Shown one piece after another: positions 28,485 through 40,904 of a DNA stretch of 41,073 nt. Both the position numbers and the translations under genes were made by a program. The notes beneath the pieces are model-generated. The model saw only the letters and a program-made list of their open reading frames with translations, searched no databases and was not told the origin of the DNA. Location: positions 62,001 to 103,073 of the forward strand of contig CAJNYD010000226.1 of NCBI GenBank assembly GCA_905331295.1, in the 5' to 3' direction. Numbering within the stretch: the first letter of the stretch is position 1; the number at the start of each line of letters is the position of its first letter. Source of the DNA: Rotaria socialis (lineage: Eukaryota).

Positions 28485-29579
28485 ATGCGTCGAAATCGAA
28501 TACATGAACAAGCTGATAAACTATCTCCACAAAAAAATAAACCGAACCGACTTCAATTGTATTCATTTGAAATGGTACCTGAATATCTTCAATCAAATCC
28601 ATATATTCGCACGGGCTATCGATATGGTTTAAATGTAAAACAATGCTTGTTGAGGTAAGTGTACTTTGAATTTGAATTTGATGTTCACATTTAATTTTTC
28701 ATTTGTTATTTTTATTCAGTTTACTTTATCTGAATAATGAATCGGTGAATATTTGGTCACATTTAATTGGTACTGGACTTTTTATATACTTTTTATTTCG
28801 TGACATTTACGCTGGACATGCGTTACCATTTATATCGTCAACATCCGATTACTATTTTGTCTTATTTTATACTCTTTCTGTTATAGTAAGTCTTTGAATT
28901 CATTTTTAGTTTATATTCTAAATCCATCGTAATTGCGAACAATAGATATGTATGTTATGTTCGACTTTATTTCATCTATTTGGTTGTATATCATCACAAG
29001 CATTTGCAGATTTTCTTAAATTAGATTTATGTGGTATTGGACTTGGTATTCTTGGCTGTTATTTATGTGGTCTTCATCTTTCGTTTGAGTGCTACCGTAG
29101 TTGGAGAATACGATATGAAACATTAATTATTTGTATAATGTTCATAGCTGTTATATATTACGTACATGGCGTAAGACGATACATGACACGAAACATTCAT
29201 ACTGCACTATTTCTTACAATATCTCTCTTGGGATTTTTACCTGGTTTTCACTGGTATTATCTTCATGGTGGTTGGTCAAATCAATTTGTTCAACATTTTT
29301 TTCCAAAATTATTTGTTCTTTATTTAATATTGAGCGTTGGAACAGTTGCTTATTTAACAAAATTTCCAGAAAGGTTTTTTCCAGGTATTTACTACTGAAG
29401 AGACCTACAATGATGTTACTTTTTGTTTCGCAACGTATTTAGGCTACTTTGATTTCATATTTGCAAGTCATCAAATTTGGCATATTTCATCATTAGGTGC
29501 ATTCATTTGGTGGTATCAAAATGGTGTTGAATTATTGCAATATCGTCTTAGTAATCCTTGTCATACTCTTCAAAATTAA
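28485..29579 (+). CDS. PAQR3: Progestin and adipoQ receptor family member 3-like
   Basis: LYSFEMVPEYLQSNPYIRTGYR, LNNESVNIWSHLIG, CSTLFHLFGC, LDLCGI, KFPERFFPG|YFDFIFASHQIWH; hydrophobic 7-TM pattern across four coding exons. Confidence 0.88.
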
Positions 29580-30640
29580 AATAGACATCTTTTCAGACTC
29601 GATTTTCACAGTGAATCCAAAGCAACAATTGGTCTACTCAACAGTTATACTTTGAAATTTTTGACTGAATTTCATCTTTTATTTTTCTTTTCTTTCTTTT
29701 CTTTAATTTTACACGTAATTTTTGATAATTTATTTGCAGTGCTACTATTTATAAGACTATTGTTTTGATAAAAAGTTTATAGATTGACTTGTACAACTGT
29801 TCCGTGATGATATTTTGTCTACAATAGTTTTTAATCTTTCTCAGCAACTACAGTACTTAGATATTTTTATATTTTCGCTAAAGGATATATCTCTATGCTC
29901 ATTTTATTTAACCGTTTGAAAATTATAGCAAAATATATAATGAAAGAAGATAATAATAAAAAACTACACGATGAAAATGAAGATCGATCGTTAATACGTT
30001 TCACACATTTTTTGAGCAACTTCTAGATTGTACCGCAACCCTAGACAAGAATTAGTCATACTACTTACGACTACCGTTTTCATCTGTATCAAAAGTAAAT
30101 CAGTCACTGTGATTAAGCTAAAAAAAGGAAGTAGTTCTTGAATTACTGATAAGCTTCATTTCGAAAACTTATTGATTCGATACATACAAGTAAAAGTCAT
30201 CAGCATTAATTCTTGTGAAAAATTTCGAAGATAACACAAATAAATATCACAACAATAGAAAATCTAGATAGTATTGATATCAAAGCTACCAGTTTGATTT
30301 GGTATCTATCGGGCACATGTCCGACTAACAGATTAGTGGAAGTCAAAATTAGCGTACTACTGACGATTTAATAGTTTTTCGAGAGATCAGCTCAGAATAT
30401 GAGAAAGTACTACAGACTAATGATTTGAAAACAAACTTTGACATTTATAATTAGTTTATTGAATTAAATAGTAGTAGGTCAATTTTGGCTCATATTATTA
30501 ATATTTTTCGATCTTTTACATTTTCCTGCTCATTTCTATCGCTTCGTCGTACATCGTTTTTGTGCTTCCACAGACTAGCAGCATAGAGGCACCTCTAGTG
30601 TTTGCTATGTCCTTTATCAATTAAGTCAATTAGCATGTAG

Positions 30641-31389
30641 ATGGTAGCTTTGATCGTTGATTACGACAACAGTGATTTCACTGATATTATGATACATTCA
30701 ATCAAAGACCGATTTAATCCAACTGGTCTCACACTAGGTGATTTTAACAGTGGTAGTCGAATTGATATTCTTACCGCAAATTTTCAGACGGATAGCGTAG
30801 TGAGACTGTTACTAGATAAAGATGAACTGTTTCTAAATTCAATTAGCTACTCTACGGAACCGAGCTCACAACCTTGGTATCACGACGAGCTGCTCGATAT
30901 TACCCTTGTCAATCAAGAAAACAATAGTTTTGGTATTTTCTTCGGTGCAGTCAACGGAAAATTTGCAAACCAAATCATATATCTCGCTGGCAATGGATCA
31001 TTTTCTCGTTTGCTTACTATGGGAGATCTCAGTAATGATACTTCGATGGATTTGGCTGTCGCCAATACAGTCAACAGTTGAATTTGTGATGGACATGGAA
31101 AATTTTCGAATCTAACCACATATTCTAACGGAAATTATGTTTGGGTCAGCTGTATTGTCTGATTTAGATGATGCCAATCGACTGGGTATTCCTGTTGCCA
31201 ATAGGCTCAGCAACAAAGTCTATTTTGTTTTTGGAAATAGCGATGGAACTCTTCAAAAGTCAGAATCTTATATGTTCACCTATGACTCGCAATATTGCAT
31301 TTGCAGATTTTAATCAAGACAAATGGATGGACATTGCCATTCTCAAGCAAGATTCAGATGAAATGGATATTATTCACCACAAGCATTAA
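30641..31389 (+). pseudogene. FG-GAP/VCBS-repeat protein pseudogene (intronless)
   Basis: Repeats GDFNSGSRIDILTAN, GDLSNDTSMDLAVAN, SDLDDANRLGIPVAN and ADFNQDKWMDIAI fall in different frames, with a TGA at 31079-31081 and about two frameshifts. Confidence 0.75.
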
Positions 31390-32202
31390 CGTCGAATATT
31401 ATAAACTGTGATACTTGTATTCGATTCTGCGTTCGAACATACTATGAAGTTTACTTCGTTTTGTTAGTTTGAAATTCAAAATGAACATCGTTTATCTAGG
31501 TTAACAGACGTTTTATTCGTCTTGAAAAATAGAAAAGCTATGCAATATGGGCTCTATGTGTATCTTGAGGGTATGACCGGTTCGTCTAAACCAAAAACTT
31601 GATAAAAGAGTGTGCTACGGTCTTGCTGATACTTACTGAAAAATCAAAATTCTGAAATTTTCTTTTAGTCAGACGTCTGAATACTCATAACGAGTTGCAA
31701 AATTTGCAAAGCCAATAGAGCATTCAATACCTACTTAGTTGACCAATTGTGATTCGTCTAGGACATACCTACTTGCTATACTATCTCTAAAAGAACTATC
31801 ATCAATATGAATCAACTGATTTAAATACTTGAAAAGATTCAGTTGCATTGGTATACAATTGAAAAAGTACATTCAATTCCGATATAAAATATCATCGAAT
31901 TAATTAAGATGAATTATAATGATGATTTCCTTTTGAATGTTTATCTCAAGACTGTGTATGAAGGATAATAGCATTTTTTCATGATGATATTATCGAATAA
32001 ATTGCACATGATAAATAAAGAATATTATTAACGTTGAACTCATCTTCTTCTATCTTTGAAATAAATGTCAGTTTTGAATAAAACATAAAACAACAGTGAA
32101 TATGAATGTAGGATATGTTAAGCAAAGAAAACTGCGCATGGGCGCATACACATACAATAAGAAAAAAAATGTTTATATTCCGTGTTTTAAGTTTTGATGT
32201 AA

Positions 32203-33663
32203 TCAATAGTTTGGTGAGTCGCCACCACCACGGCTTGCACCACGATACGAATTTCCTCGACCACCACGATATGAACCACCACCACCACCACGGTCGCCAC
32301 TTCCTCTGCCTAAAAATAAGCCGTTAAAATTGAAGTTTTGTTTTTCTCAAAGGTAAACTTACCGCGGAAGCCGCCGCCTCTACTGTTATTCCAGCGATTA
32401 TTTCCAGCTGAATTAAAATCCGAACCTGATTGATTATTATTCCAATTACTTCGACCTCCACGAAAACCTTTAGATTAAAATGAACCTTAGTCACGTTTGT
32501 TAAAGAGCAGAACATCTGATTAGTTTCGATTTCATGTATCTGTCAAGTCATACTACATGTGAAAAGCGCAACAAAAGGAAATCTACACTCGATCTTCACT
32601 ATCTCAAGTCAATCGTAACCGGCTACTGTCGAGTTCAGTGTTCTTGTTATCTTATTTTATCGAAATACACACCTCGATTATTTTGAAAGCCACCGCGGCC
32701 ATTGTTATCATTATTGCGAATACGACGTTGAGCAAGTTGAACACGAACAACAGAATTAATACAATCAATATGTTGATCTAAATCATATCGAGAAAAACAA
32801 AATCTAAATTAAGAACTAGTAAAGTTTTATACAAAACTACCATTATATTCTGTAATAGCCTTATTTGCAGTATCTTCATCGTCATATGTTACTGTGGCGC
32901 GACCATTGCCTTCACCAGTCATACGATCTTTATAGATCCAGATTTTTGGACCACCTGATCGTTCATCCGTCTAAAATACTTTCATTAAATATACATAAAA
33001 AACCATCAAGCTACTTACTTTTATTGGTCCTACAGTTGAAAAAGCATCTTGAATGTCTTCTCGAGTAATATCTTTTGGTAAATTTTGGATAAATATTGCA
33101 TCTTTAAGTATCTCTATTTCTTCATTATCATTATCATTGCGACGAAATCCATAACCACCACCATTGCCTCGTCCTACAATGTAAACAATACTATGGGTAG
33201 AGATCATGTACACAATATGATCGCGAAAATCTTTTTTTTTTCGAAGTGAAAAATTTTTCACCCATATTTTAAAGAAATTAATCGGATCATATATGTATCA
33301 AAAACTTACTTGGATAATTATTGCGATATGATCCACTAAAATAACATACAAAATCAATAAATATTAATCATTATATACGTACAAAAAAAAATTTAATTCA
33401 ATTTAGAAATCAAAAGCACATAGCCATTAAATCAACTTCATAATTAGCATTATTATAGAATATCAAATCGATAAAACTTACCCTCCTCTTGCACCATCAT
33501 CATTATCATTATCTGACCGAGCGAAACCTCCACGTGACCCTAACAAGAAAAAAGTAAATAAAAAAGAATTTGACAATAAGAATTTTGACATATTACCACG
33601 AGAACCGGCACTCCATACGTTTCCACCTTCGTTTGACGATTTATTAACACTATTAAATTCCAT
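32203..33663 (-). CDS. FET-family (FUS/EWS/TAF15/cabeza-like) RRM-RGG RNA-binding protein
   Basis: Spliced RRM DAIFIQNLPKDITREDIQDAFSTVGPIK|TDERSGGPKIWIYKDRMTGEGNGRATVTYDDEDTANKAI carries the FET-type extended loop, flanked by RGG tracts. A 26-nt micro-exon at 33335-33310 keeps the frame. Ends ...GGGDSPNY*. Confidence 0.85.
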
Positions 33664-34254
33664 TGCGAAATAAAGATTTAACCCGTACACTTAAACAAAT
33701 GCAAAGAGAAGAAAGGGAAAAGATGGAATCACATATATATATATATATTCATCGATCTTAGAACATTGTTTTCTGAACGGAGTTGTCCGATATATTATAA
33801 TGTCGGGGAATAAAAAAAAAGAGGTCGCTCGAAGATGATGAAAAAATGGGAAAACTCTAACGCGTGAGTGAGAAAATTTGAAGATATAATGTTATATTCA
33901 TTACTTTCCAGTTTAAAAAGTTGACATTTTACAAAAAGATATTATCGTTAACTGACCATATGAATCATACATTGTATGAAAGCATGTAAATATACTATTG
34001 AAAACTTTCGTCGTTAAAATCTGGTACTTTTAGCATATTTTTAACTTTACTTATTGACATTTTATAATATATCATAGGATTGCGTGGGAACAATGTTTAC
34101 TTGTTTTGAATATATAGATTTTTCTTTTAACTCAAGTTGATGAGAATAAAAACATATGACGTTGTTATTTTTTCCTTCTGTTACTTAAGCTGATTTAAAT
34201 CCATCGATCGATCATACGATCACTACTTCCACATCAATTATTGCTATTGCCAAT

Positions 34255-36711
34255 ATGCGTTTTCAAGCAAGTAAGAATATTAATATTCACTATCAGAATC
34301 AAAATTTGATTGCTAAAAATGCCGTTCGTCAAGAGGATGAGTCTATTTTCGTCGGAGACCGACTGAATTCAAAGAATACGTCTTTTTTCCTATTCTGATA
34401 GCATATTTCTAATGACGATCACAAAGAAAGCTCTCCTCTCTTCATCAGAATTCAATTTGCTTTTCTTTAGACTTCCAGTGTTTATTCATACCCCTTCTTA
34501 TCCTTTCGATTGATGCTCGACTTCTCCCATCACAACATGAGGTTAATGAACCATTGACTATTGATACCTTGTCAGCCGGTAATAGTCTTCAAGTTCTTAA
34601 TCGACAAACGAGAGCACCAGTTGCCAATACTACAGTATGCTATCCAGTTGTTGGCTGTTTCGATAACAATGAACCATTCAATAATGCTGGCTTAGAAGTA
34701 CCACAATCGCCGGAATTTATTGATACAGCTTTTCTTCTTTTTACACAAGAATCACAAACAGACCCAGAATTTATTGTTTATGATAGCGATAAATCTATTT
34801 TGGATTCCAGTGTAAGTACTTCTCGGTGGCTGAGAATTATTATTCATGGTTTTCAAAATAATCGTGATAGTGTTTGGATACCAAAATTACGAGCTGAATT
34901 ACTTAAATTGAAAAATGTAAAAACAAAGGAGATATTTATTTTTTGCAAAATATCAGTTCATAAAATTTCTAGGATGAAAAATCTGATGTAATTGTTGTTG
35001 ATTGGGGTAACGGTGCTAAATTTCCATTATATCCTAATGCTGTTGCTAATATTCGTCTTGTTGGTAGACAAGTTGGTTTACTTTTAAAAAAGTTACACGA
35101 CTTGAAAGGAATTTCATATGATAGAATGCACTGCATTGGTTTGTACATGTGCATTATGATAGGAAAAATTATTGTCATTGATATCTTCTAGGACATAGTC
35201 TTGGAGCACATGCATGTGGATTTACATCGAATGCAGTTGAGAATAAACTAGCTCGTATATCAGGCCTTGATCCAGCTGGTCCATTCTTTTCAGCAAAGAA
35301 GACTATAGTCCGTCTCGATAAAGATGATGCTAAATTCGTTGATGTTATTCATTCAAACACAGAAATTGCTCTAGGGCTTGGTCTTGGAATAACTGAAGAG
35401 ACAGGACACATTGATTTTTATCCTAATGGTGGTCAAACTCAACCTGGTTGCCCTTCAATGTAAATTTGATTCATATTTCCTTACTATCTTATTCAATGCG
35501 CTTTATACATTTTCAGTGGTGCACTCATCGGGGGTGTCATCGGTGGTCAGAGTGAAGGTAATTAAATAGATTTATATGAATAGATATGCGTATTGGTTTT
35601 TGTATCATAGCTGCTTTTGAACAAACATCATGTTCACATGGTAAATATGAATTTTAATAATGTAGAAGCACTATTGATATGTATTGATAGGCCGTTCACA
35701 TGGATATTTTATTGAATCAATCAAGTATAATATTTTATTTTAACATTTGTGATCTTGATTACTTTTTAAATACTTATTTCTAGTTCAGAATGTCCATATA
35801 CAGCTTTTCCTTGCCATGATCATGTAAAAACAAAAAATAGAAAAAAATATAGTGTTTTTCATTGTATTTTTCCTATCTTCTAGGACAGTTTTATGAATGG
35901 CAAATGTCTTGTATGTCCAATATCTGGTTGTGCTCAAATGGGTAATTCATTACTTTGTTTTCTATAGGATTTATTGTTTTTGTTCGCTAGGCTTTTATTC
36001 TATTTATTCACTTGGTCGTGGTAAAATGTATTTAACAACGAGAAGCAATTCTCCATTTTGTGGTTAGAGTATTTATGCAATAGAAATTTCGCCATTTTAA
36101 AATTTCTTATTTTGTTAGGTTATCATTATTTTGTTGAACTTGTACTTGATCGGGATATGGCTAAAACAAGTGGTGAAATTTATGTAGCAGTTTATTCCAA
36201 TTATGAATTATTAGCCAATGTTAGTTTAACTGAAAGGTATATATATATATATATATAAAAGAAAATGCATTGAAATGTTTGATCGATAAATCTTTTTTTT
36301 TTGGTATTTTCTTTCTAAAGATCGAATGCCGATATTAAAGCAGGTGATATTCTTCGACATGTATTCAGTTATCATACTGACTTGGGTAAAGTGGATTATG
36401 CTCTGATATATTTCCAGAAAGCAAAAGCTCGTATGCAATCATTGGTGGCAAAGTTATAAGAAATATTTATTGATTATTATTTTAGTTTTTGGATGGGGTG
36501 GCCAGAAAGGCGATGAAATTCTTGTTTCACGTCTTCGCCTTAAATCACTTGAAGACACTGTGATGTAAATAGATAAATAATATTTTAGTTTCTCTTTTTT
36601 CATATTATTAATTTTTTTAACAGATATAGCGGACTTTGTGAAACAACAACAAAAATAGCTGCATATACAACGGAAACATTGTTACTCAATCGTTTTGATT
36701 GTGATGATTAA
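34255..36711 (+). CDS. Secreted pancreatic-lipase-related triacylglycerol lipase
   Basis: Predicted signal peptide MRFQ|TSSVLFIPLLILSIDA, then VCYPVVGCF, IIHGF, VIVVDW, HCIG|HSLGAH (nucleophile elbow), ISGLDPAGP, FVDVIHSN, GHIDFYPNGG, CSH, C..MG and a PLAT-like C-terminus; many micro-exons. Confidence 0.92.
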
Positions 36712-38379
36712 TATTTCATTAACAGCTTCATGATTCATTCAAGAAGACAATTAATATTTTTTTGAGATTATTGAATTCGAAATATTGAAACGAAATAAAT
36801 GATTTGCTAGACACGTTCTTAACGTTTGCTAGCACTAACGGACGTTGTTGAGCTTCTTCGTTTAACAATTCTTTTATTATTGGGGAAATTCAAACCACGT
36901 TCTTTATTTTTATTTAAGCAATTCTTATGGGAGTCGATCTACATAGTGTATGACTACCAACGAAAATCATTTTTGGGACTGGTAGGAATTTTTCAGGTGT
37001 AATTTCGAATGATATTCATATTAGAAATGTAATAATAGAAATATATTGAACTGCTACTTCAACAAACAGTTTATTTAGCCATCAAACAAGCTATTGCATC
37101 TCGAGAAATTTTATCCATGTTTGATAAGAACACTAAAAAATGGCAAGTGAAAAAAATTCATTTTACTGTCGTGATTACTAAACTTTAATAGCAACACGAA
37201 GTTGACATTATGTTCTGATACATCTTCCTGTTAAAAGTACTGAATCGCTTGCATCGATCTTAATTTATATCTTTCCGTTTCTATTGGAACTCTATGTTTA
37301 ATTTTACATTTTTTGTTTTAATGTAACTACGTGCGAAATGAATGTTTACGCTCTCAATTTATCTGGATAGTAATAATTGAGTAAATCCATGAAAATAAGC
37401 ACATTAGAAGGGGGAAAAGACAAAGAACAACAAATTAATATATTGATCGGTTATAGTAATGTTGAATGTGATCTCATATCAGATCAGTTCAAATATGTCG
37501 AAGAGTGCCATCAACAGATCTTTTGTTACTAAATAGATATTTTTTCAATTACAGCTCAGTAAGTATGATTCAGAGCACATTTTACTAATTTTTTAAGTTA
37601 TCTACATGTGCATAGTATTATCGGATTAGTATGTAATGATAGATTCGTGATTTGAATTTAACTTTCTTCAGTCTAGTAAATTTCATTAGAATCTTTTTTT
37701 TGCGATACTTCTACAGGCAAAACTCTTTAAAAAGACCTATGATATCTACTATCGAAAGAGTAGGCATGTAATAGACTTGTGCCAAGTAACGGTCGTAGAT
37801 ACCTATGAGAGGTTCAGTTTTGAAAATACAGTAATCATTCCAGGAGTTTTAGGTAAAGTCATTATGCAGATCCCGAATAGAAGCCATAAATATAATCGTC
37901 AATGACATGTACGAAATATCTACAATAAAAACATGTCTTGCCCATCGTGTTAAAAGATCAATTTTGTCATGACCTTAACCATGAATTACTTTTAAACTCT
38001 TGACAAGTCTTGCTCTACTTGAATATGACATTTGAAATGTACACTTCTATGTATGCGCAGCATCGTTCAATATTTGTCATGCGGCAGTAAAGTTAATTTA
38101 ACATCAAAACTGTCTTGAAAAAATGTTTACATTTAAGCTGTTTGTCAATCTCTTCCATAAGTATCAAAATTACAGTTGATATTTTCTTTAGTAAAGTACC
38201 CTTGAAGAAAAACTGAAAAAACATAAATAAAAAGTTTGCAAGATTTTCTTTTACTTTTTATTAAATGGAAAAGTTTAGTTCGTGACTGCTAGACAACATG
38301 TAATATATGACGGTTTTTCAATATCATTTATTAAATATCTCTGTAGTTGACGGTTTGGTTATCAAACAACAAGATGATA

Positions 38380-38709
38380 CCCTAGTCGAACATTTTTTTT
38401 CAAGCGCTTGACAAGACTTGAACTCAAGATGTGTCCATAGCGCAGGACCATCTTGCCCAAGAAGTTCAAGAAGATCATGCGCATGTGCGCAAAAAAATTA
38501 TAAAAATTTTTGGTATAGGTAACAACGTTTTTTCTTCAAACAATGCTCATTTATAGAAGAAAAATGTTCGATTTGGATGCCTTTTTTACAAAAATTTCTC
38601 TTATTACCCGCATGTCAAGAAATATTTCAAGATGTGTCCATAGCGCATGAATTTCTTGCTCAAAATCATCAAGTATGTCATGCGCATCCCAAAAGATGTT
38701 TGACTAGGG
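38380..38709. mobile_element. MITE A (CCC...GGG termini, CAAGA/TCTTG-rich)
   Basis: TIR CCCTAGTCGAACAT / ATGTTTGACTAGGG with ATA on both flanks; internal direct repeat TCAAGATGTGTCCATAGCGCA occurs twice. Confidence 0.85.
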
Positions 38710-39050
38710 ATATAATATGAAATTCATTTTTTTCTTTTTCTATTACTCAAAAAGTCAATCTTTAGTTGGTTGAAGGGATATATGTTCTCTATCTAATGTA
38801 ATAATAAAATTATATTCTTGTGTAGAAAATTGATGTTTATTGTTCATTGAGTAAAATTAATAAACTATTTGATGAAAAGAATTTATGTATAGTTCTCTTC
38901 TGTTTTATTTTAATTTAGTTATACGATTAGCAACATATGAAGAATATTCGTTAAATTCTAATTTTCTCTATTACCAGACAGAAAGAAAGCCTTTCTTTAT
39001 TCAGGAAATCTGATCAAAAAAATCATTCAAGTTACTTTCCCTTTATTCTT

Positions 39051-39347
39051 CCCAGGTCAAACAGTCCGGCCTGGAAACCGCCGGTTCCGGGTAGTTCCGT
39101 TGATTTTGTGGAAGCAGTATTCCGGTTGGAAATTTTTCGGATTTTTTCCGGTGATTTTCGATCAATTCCTGCCGGAAAGCACCGGAACTTGGCAGGAATT
39201 CGCCGGAAAAGTCCGACCGTATTTTTGACCGGAATGCTGCTTCCATGTTCCAGCGATTTCCCGTGTTTTCCTGCAGGATATGGTGACTTTCCCGCATATT
39301 CCCTGGAGTATCCTACGGGATCCGGTGGCCGGAATGTTCGACCTGGG
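39051..39347. mobile_element. MITE B1 (CCGGAA-rich)
   Basis: TIR CCCAGGTCAAACAGTCCGGCC / GGCCGGAATGTTCGACCTGGG with TT on both flanks; internal inverted repeat GGAAGCAGTATTCCGG...CCGGAATGCTGCTTCC; a GC-rich island. Confidence 0.9.
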
Positions 39348-39432
39348 TTTCATTTTAAAAATAAAGATCCGATCGATCTTTCATGAGACAACAAAAAACA
39401 AATGAGACAAGAAAACAAAAAAAGAATAAAGT

Positions 39433-39890
39433 TCATCGTCTCAGATAAATAGCAATGCTTAAGGCAATCTAAACGACAGATAAACATCATGATTTTTTTA
39501 ATTGAAATAGAAATAACTTACGAACGATGATAAAACTACGTTGTACCATACAACCAATTTTTGGTTGAATTTCAATAATTTGTCGTTTGTTTCAACGACT
39601 TTACCACTGGAGTCCAGAAATTTATCAATTTTCCCATTCATATCTTCAACGACTTTACTATTCACAGCAAGAAACTGATCCATTTTATGGCTCATATCTG
39701 TTATACCTTTATTTAATTCGGTCAATTGGCCGGTAATTGTCGTAATTTGATTTCGATTCGGTGATATAGATGTGGAGCTTGATAATGATTCCGGGCTAGA
39801 ACCATGATTGGGTGAGGTTGAAGCATCACGCACATCATTGGATAAATTCAACAAATTGTTTTCTTCAATAATTATTGTTTCGCCGGACAT
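39433..39890 (-). CDS. Unrecognised ~134-aa coiled-coil protein with C-terminal transmembrane (tail) anchor
   Basis: Exon 39890-39522, a 53-bp GTAAGT...TTTAG intron, and exon 39468-39433 give ...KLVVWYNVVLSSF|IALSIAIYLRR*. Ser/Pro-rich N-terminus and a heptad-like middle. Confidence 0.65.
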
Positions 39891-40008
39891 GGAGCCAATT
39901 GTGTTTCAATTTAAGTGTTTAACAATAGTAGATAATTTGTGGTAGAATGAATTTTCTCTGACAATAAATTTGTATGCAATGACAAATATTAAGTTAGTAG
40001 CCCGACGA

Positions 40009-40284
40009 CCCAGGTCGAAGCAACCGGCCCAAGAAACGCCCGATTCCCGCGACTTCACGGAAGCAGCATTCCGGACCGGCAAATCTCCGGATTTTTTCTG
40101 TAAGTTCTACCAAGTTCCTGTTGGTTCCCGCCGGAAACCACCGGGAAAATCCGTCCCGGAATACTGCTTCCAGGGTCCGGTGATATCCGGCGTTTTCCTG
40201 CACATTCAGGTGCGTTTCCTGCATGTTTCTGGCCGGTTCCAATTAAATCCGCTCATTTCGGGAGGCCGGAAACATCGTCCTGGG
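40009..40284. mobile_element. MITE B2 (same family and orientation as B1)
   Basis: TIR CCCAGGTCGAAGCAACCGGCC / GGCCGGAAACATCGTCCTGGG with GA on both flanks; internal GGAAGCAGCATTCCGG...CCGGAATACTGCTTCC as in B1. Confidence 0.88.
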
Positions 40285-40485
40285 GATAAAAAAGAATAGC
40301 AAAAACTCCGAGTGAATTCAATATATTGAACACAAATTGTGTCCTAACAGAAATCTAAAATAAAAAGTCAAATGACATTTTACTTTTGCCGTCAAAGTGC
40401 AAAATGACACTTTTTTTTTAACAAACTGTAAAATAGAGTGTCAATTGAATATCGCAAGTCTTTGCTACCTTGTAGCAAAGGCAGA

Positions 40486-40795
40486 TCACGGTCGAAGAAA
40501 ACGATCAGTAAACGGTCGTATACGATACAAATACGGCCCGTTTTACGTGCCGTATTTTCCTCGTATAACAGGGGCAGTAATACGGCCGTATGTTCTATAG
40601 AATACGATAATATTACGCCGGCTTTACGAGGCTTTACGACTGATATACGGTGTCCGTGTATGGCCGTAATACTGCCCCTGTTAAAACGCCTTAATTCGGC
40701 TTAAAACGGCCGTTTTACGACGGAATACGATGCAAAAACGACCGTTTACGGTAATGTTACGCCGGTTTACGATGGTCCGTTTTGATCGACCTGGG
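40486..40795. mobile_element. MITE C1 (TACGG/CCGTA-rich)
   Basis: Right end TTTTGATCGACCTGGG, degenerate left end TCACGGTCGAAGAAAACG, GA on both flanks; internal inverted repeat TAACAGGGGCAGTAATACGGCC / GGCCGTAATACTGCCCCTGTTA. Confidence 0.75.
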
Positions 40796-40904
40796 GACTC
40801 TTGCTGTTAGAAACAATACATACGGATATGGGTATAAATCAAAAATGAAGCAACTGAGGACTCTGATTGGTGATTATACCTACGTAAATAGAATATAATA
40901 TGAT

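Noticed and set aside
32115..32327. His-rich plus-strand ORF
   Set aside because: Antisense reading of the GGT-rich RGG exon of the FET gene.
36800..37130. Minus-strand peptide patches (IKELLNEEAQQRP) resembling a kinase C-lobe
   Set aside because: Interrupted by stops and frameshifts, with no catalytic motifs.
39043..40704. Overlapping GC-rich ORFs and short repeats read as a foreign gene or CRISPR-like array
   Set aside because: The ORFs coincide with MITE interiors that are poor in stop codons, and the repeats are irregular and in both orientations with no repeat-spacer periodicity.
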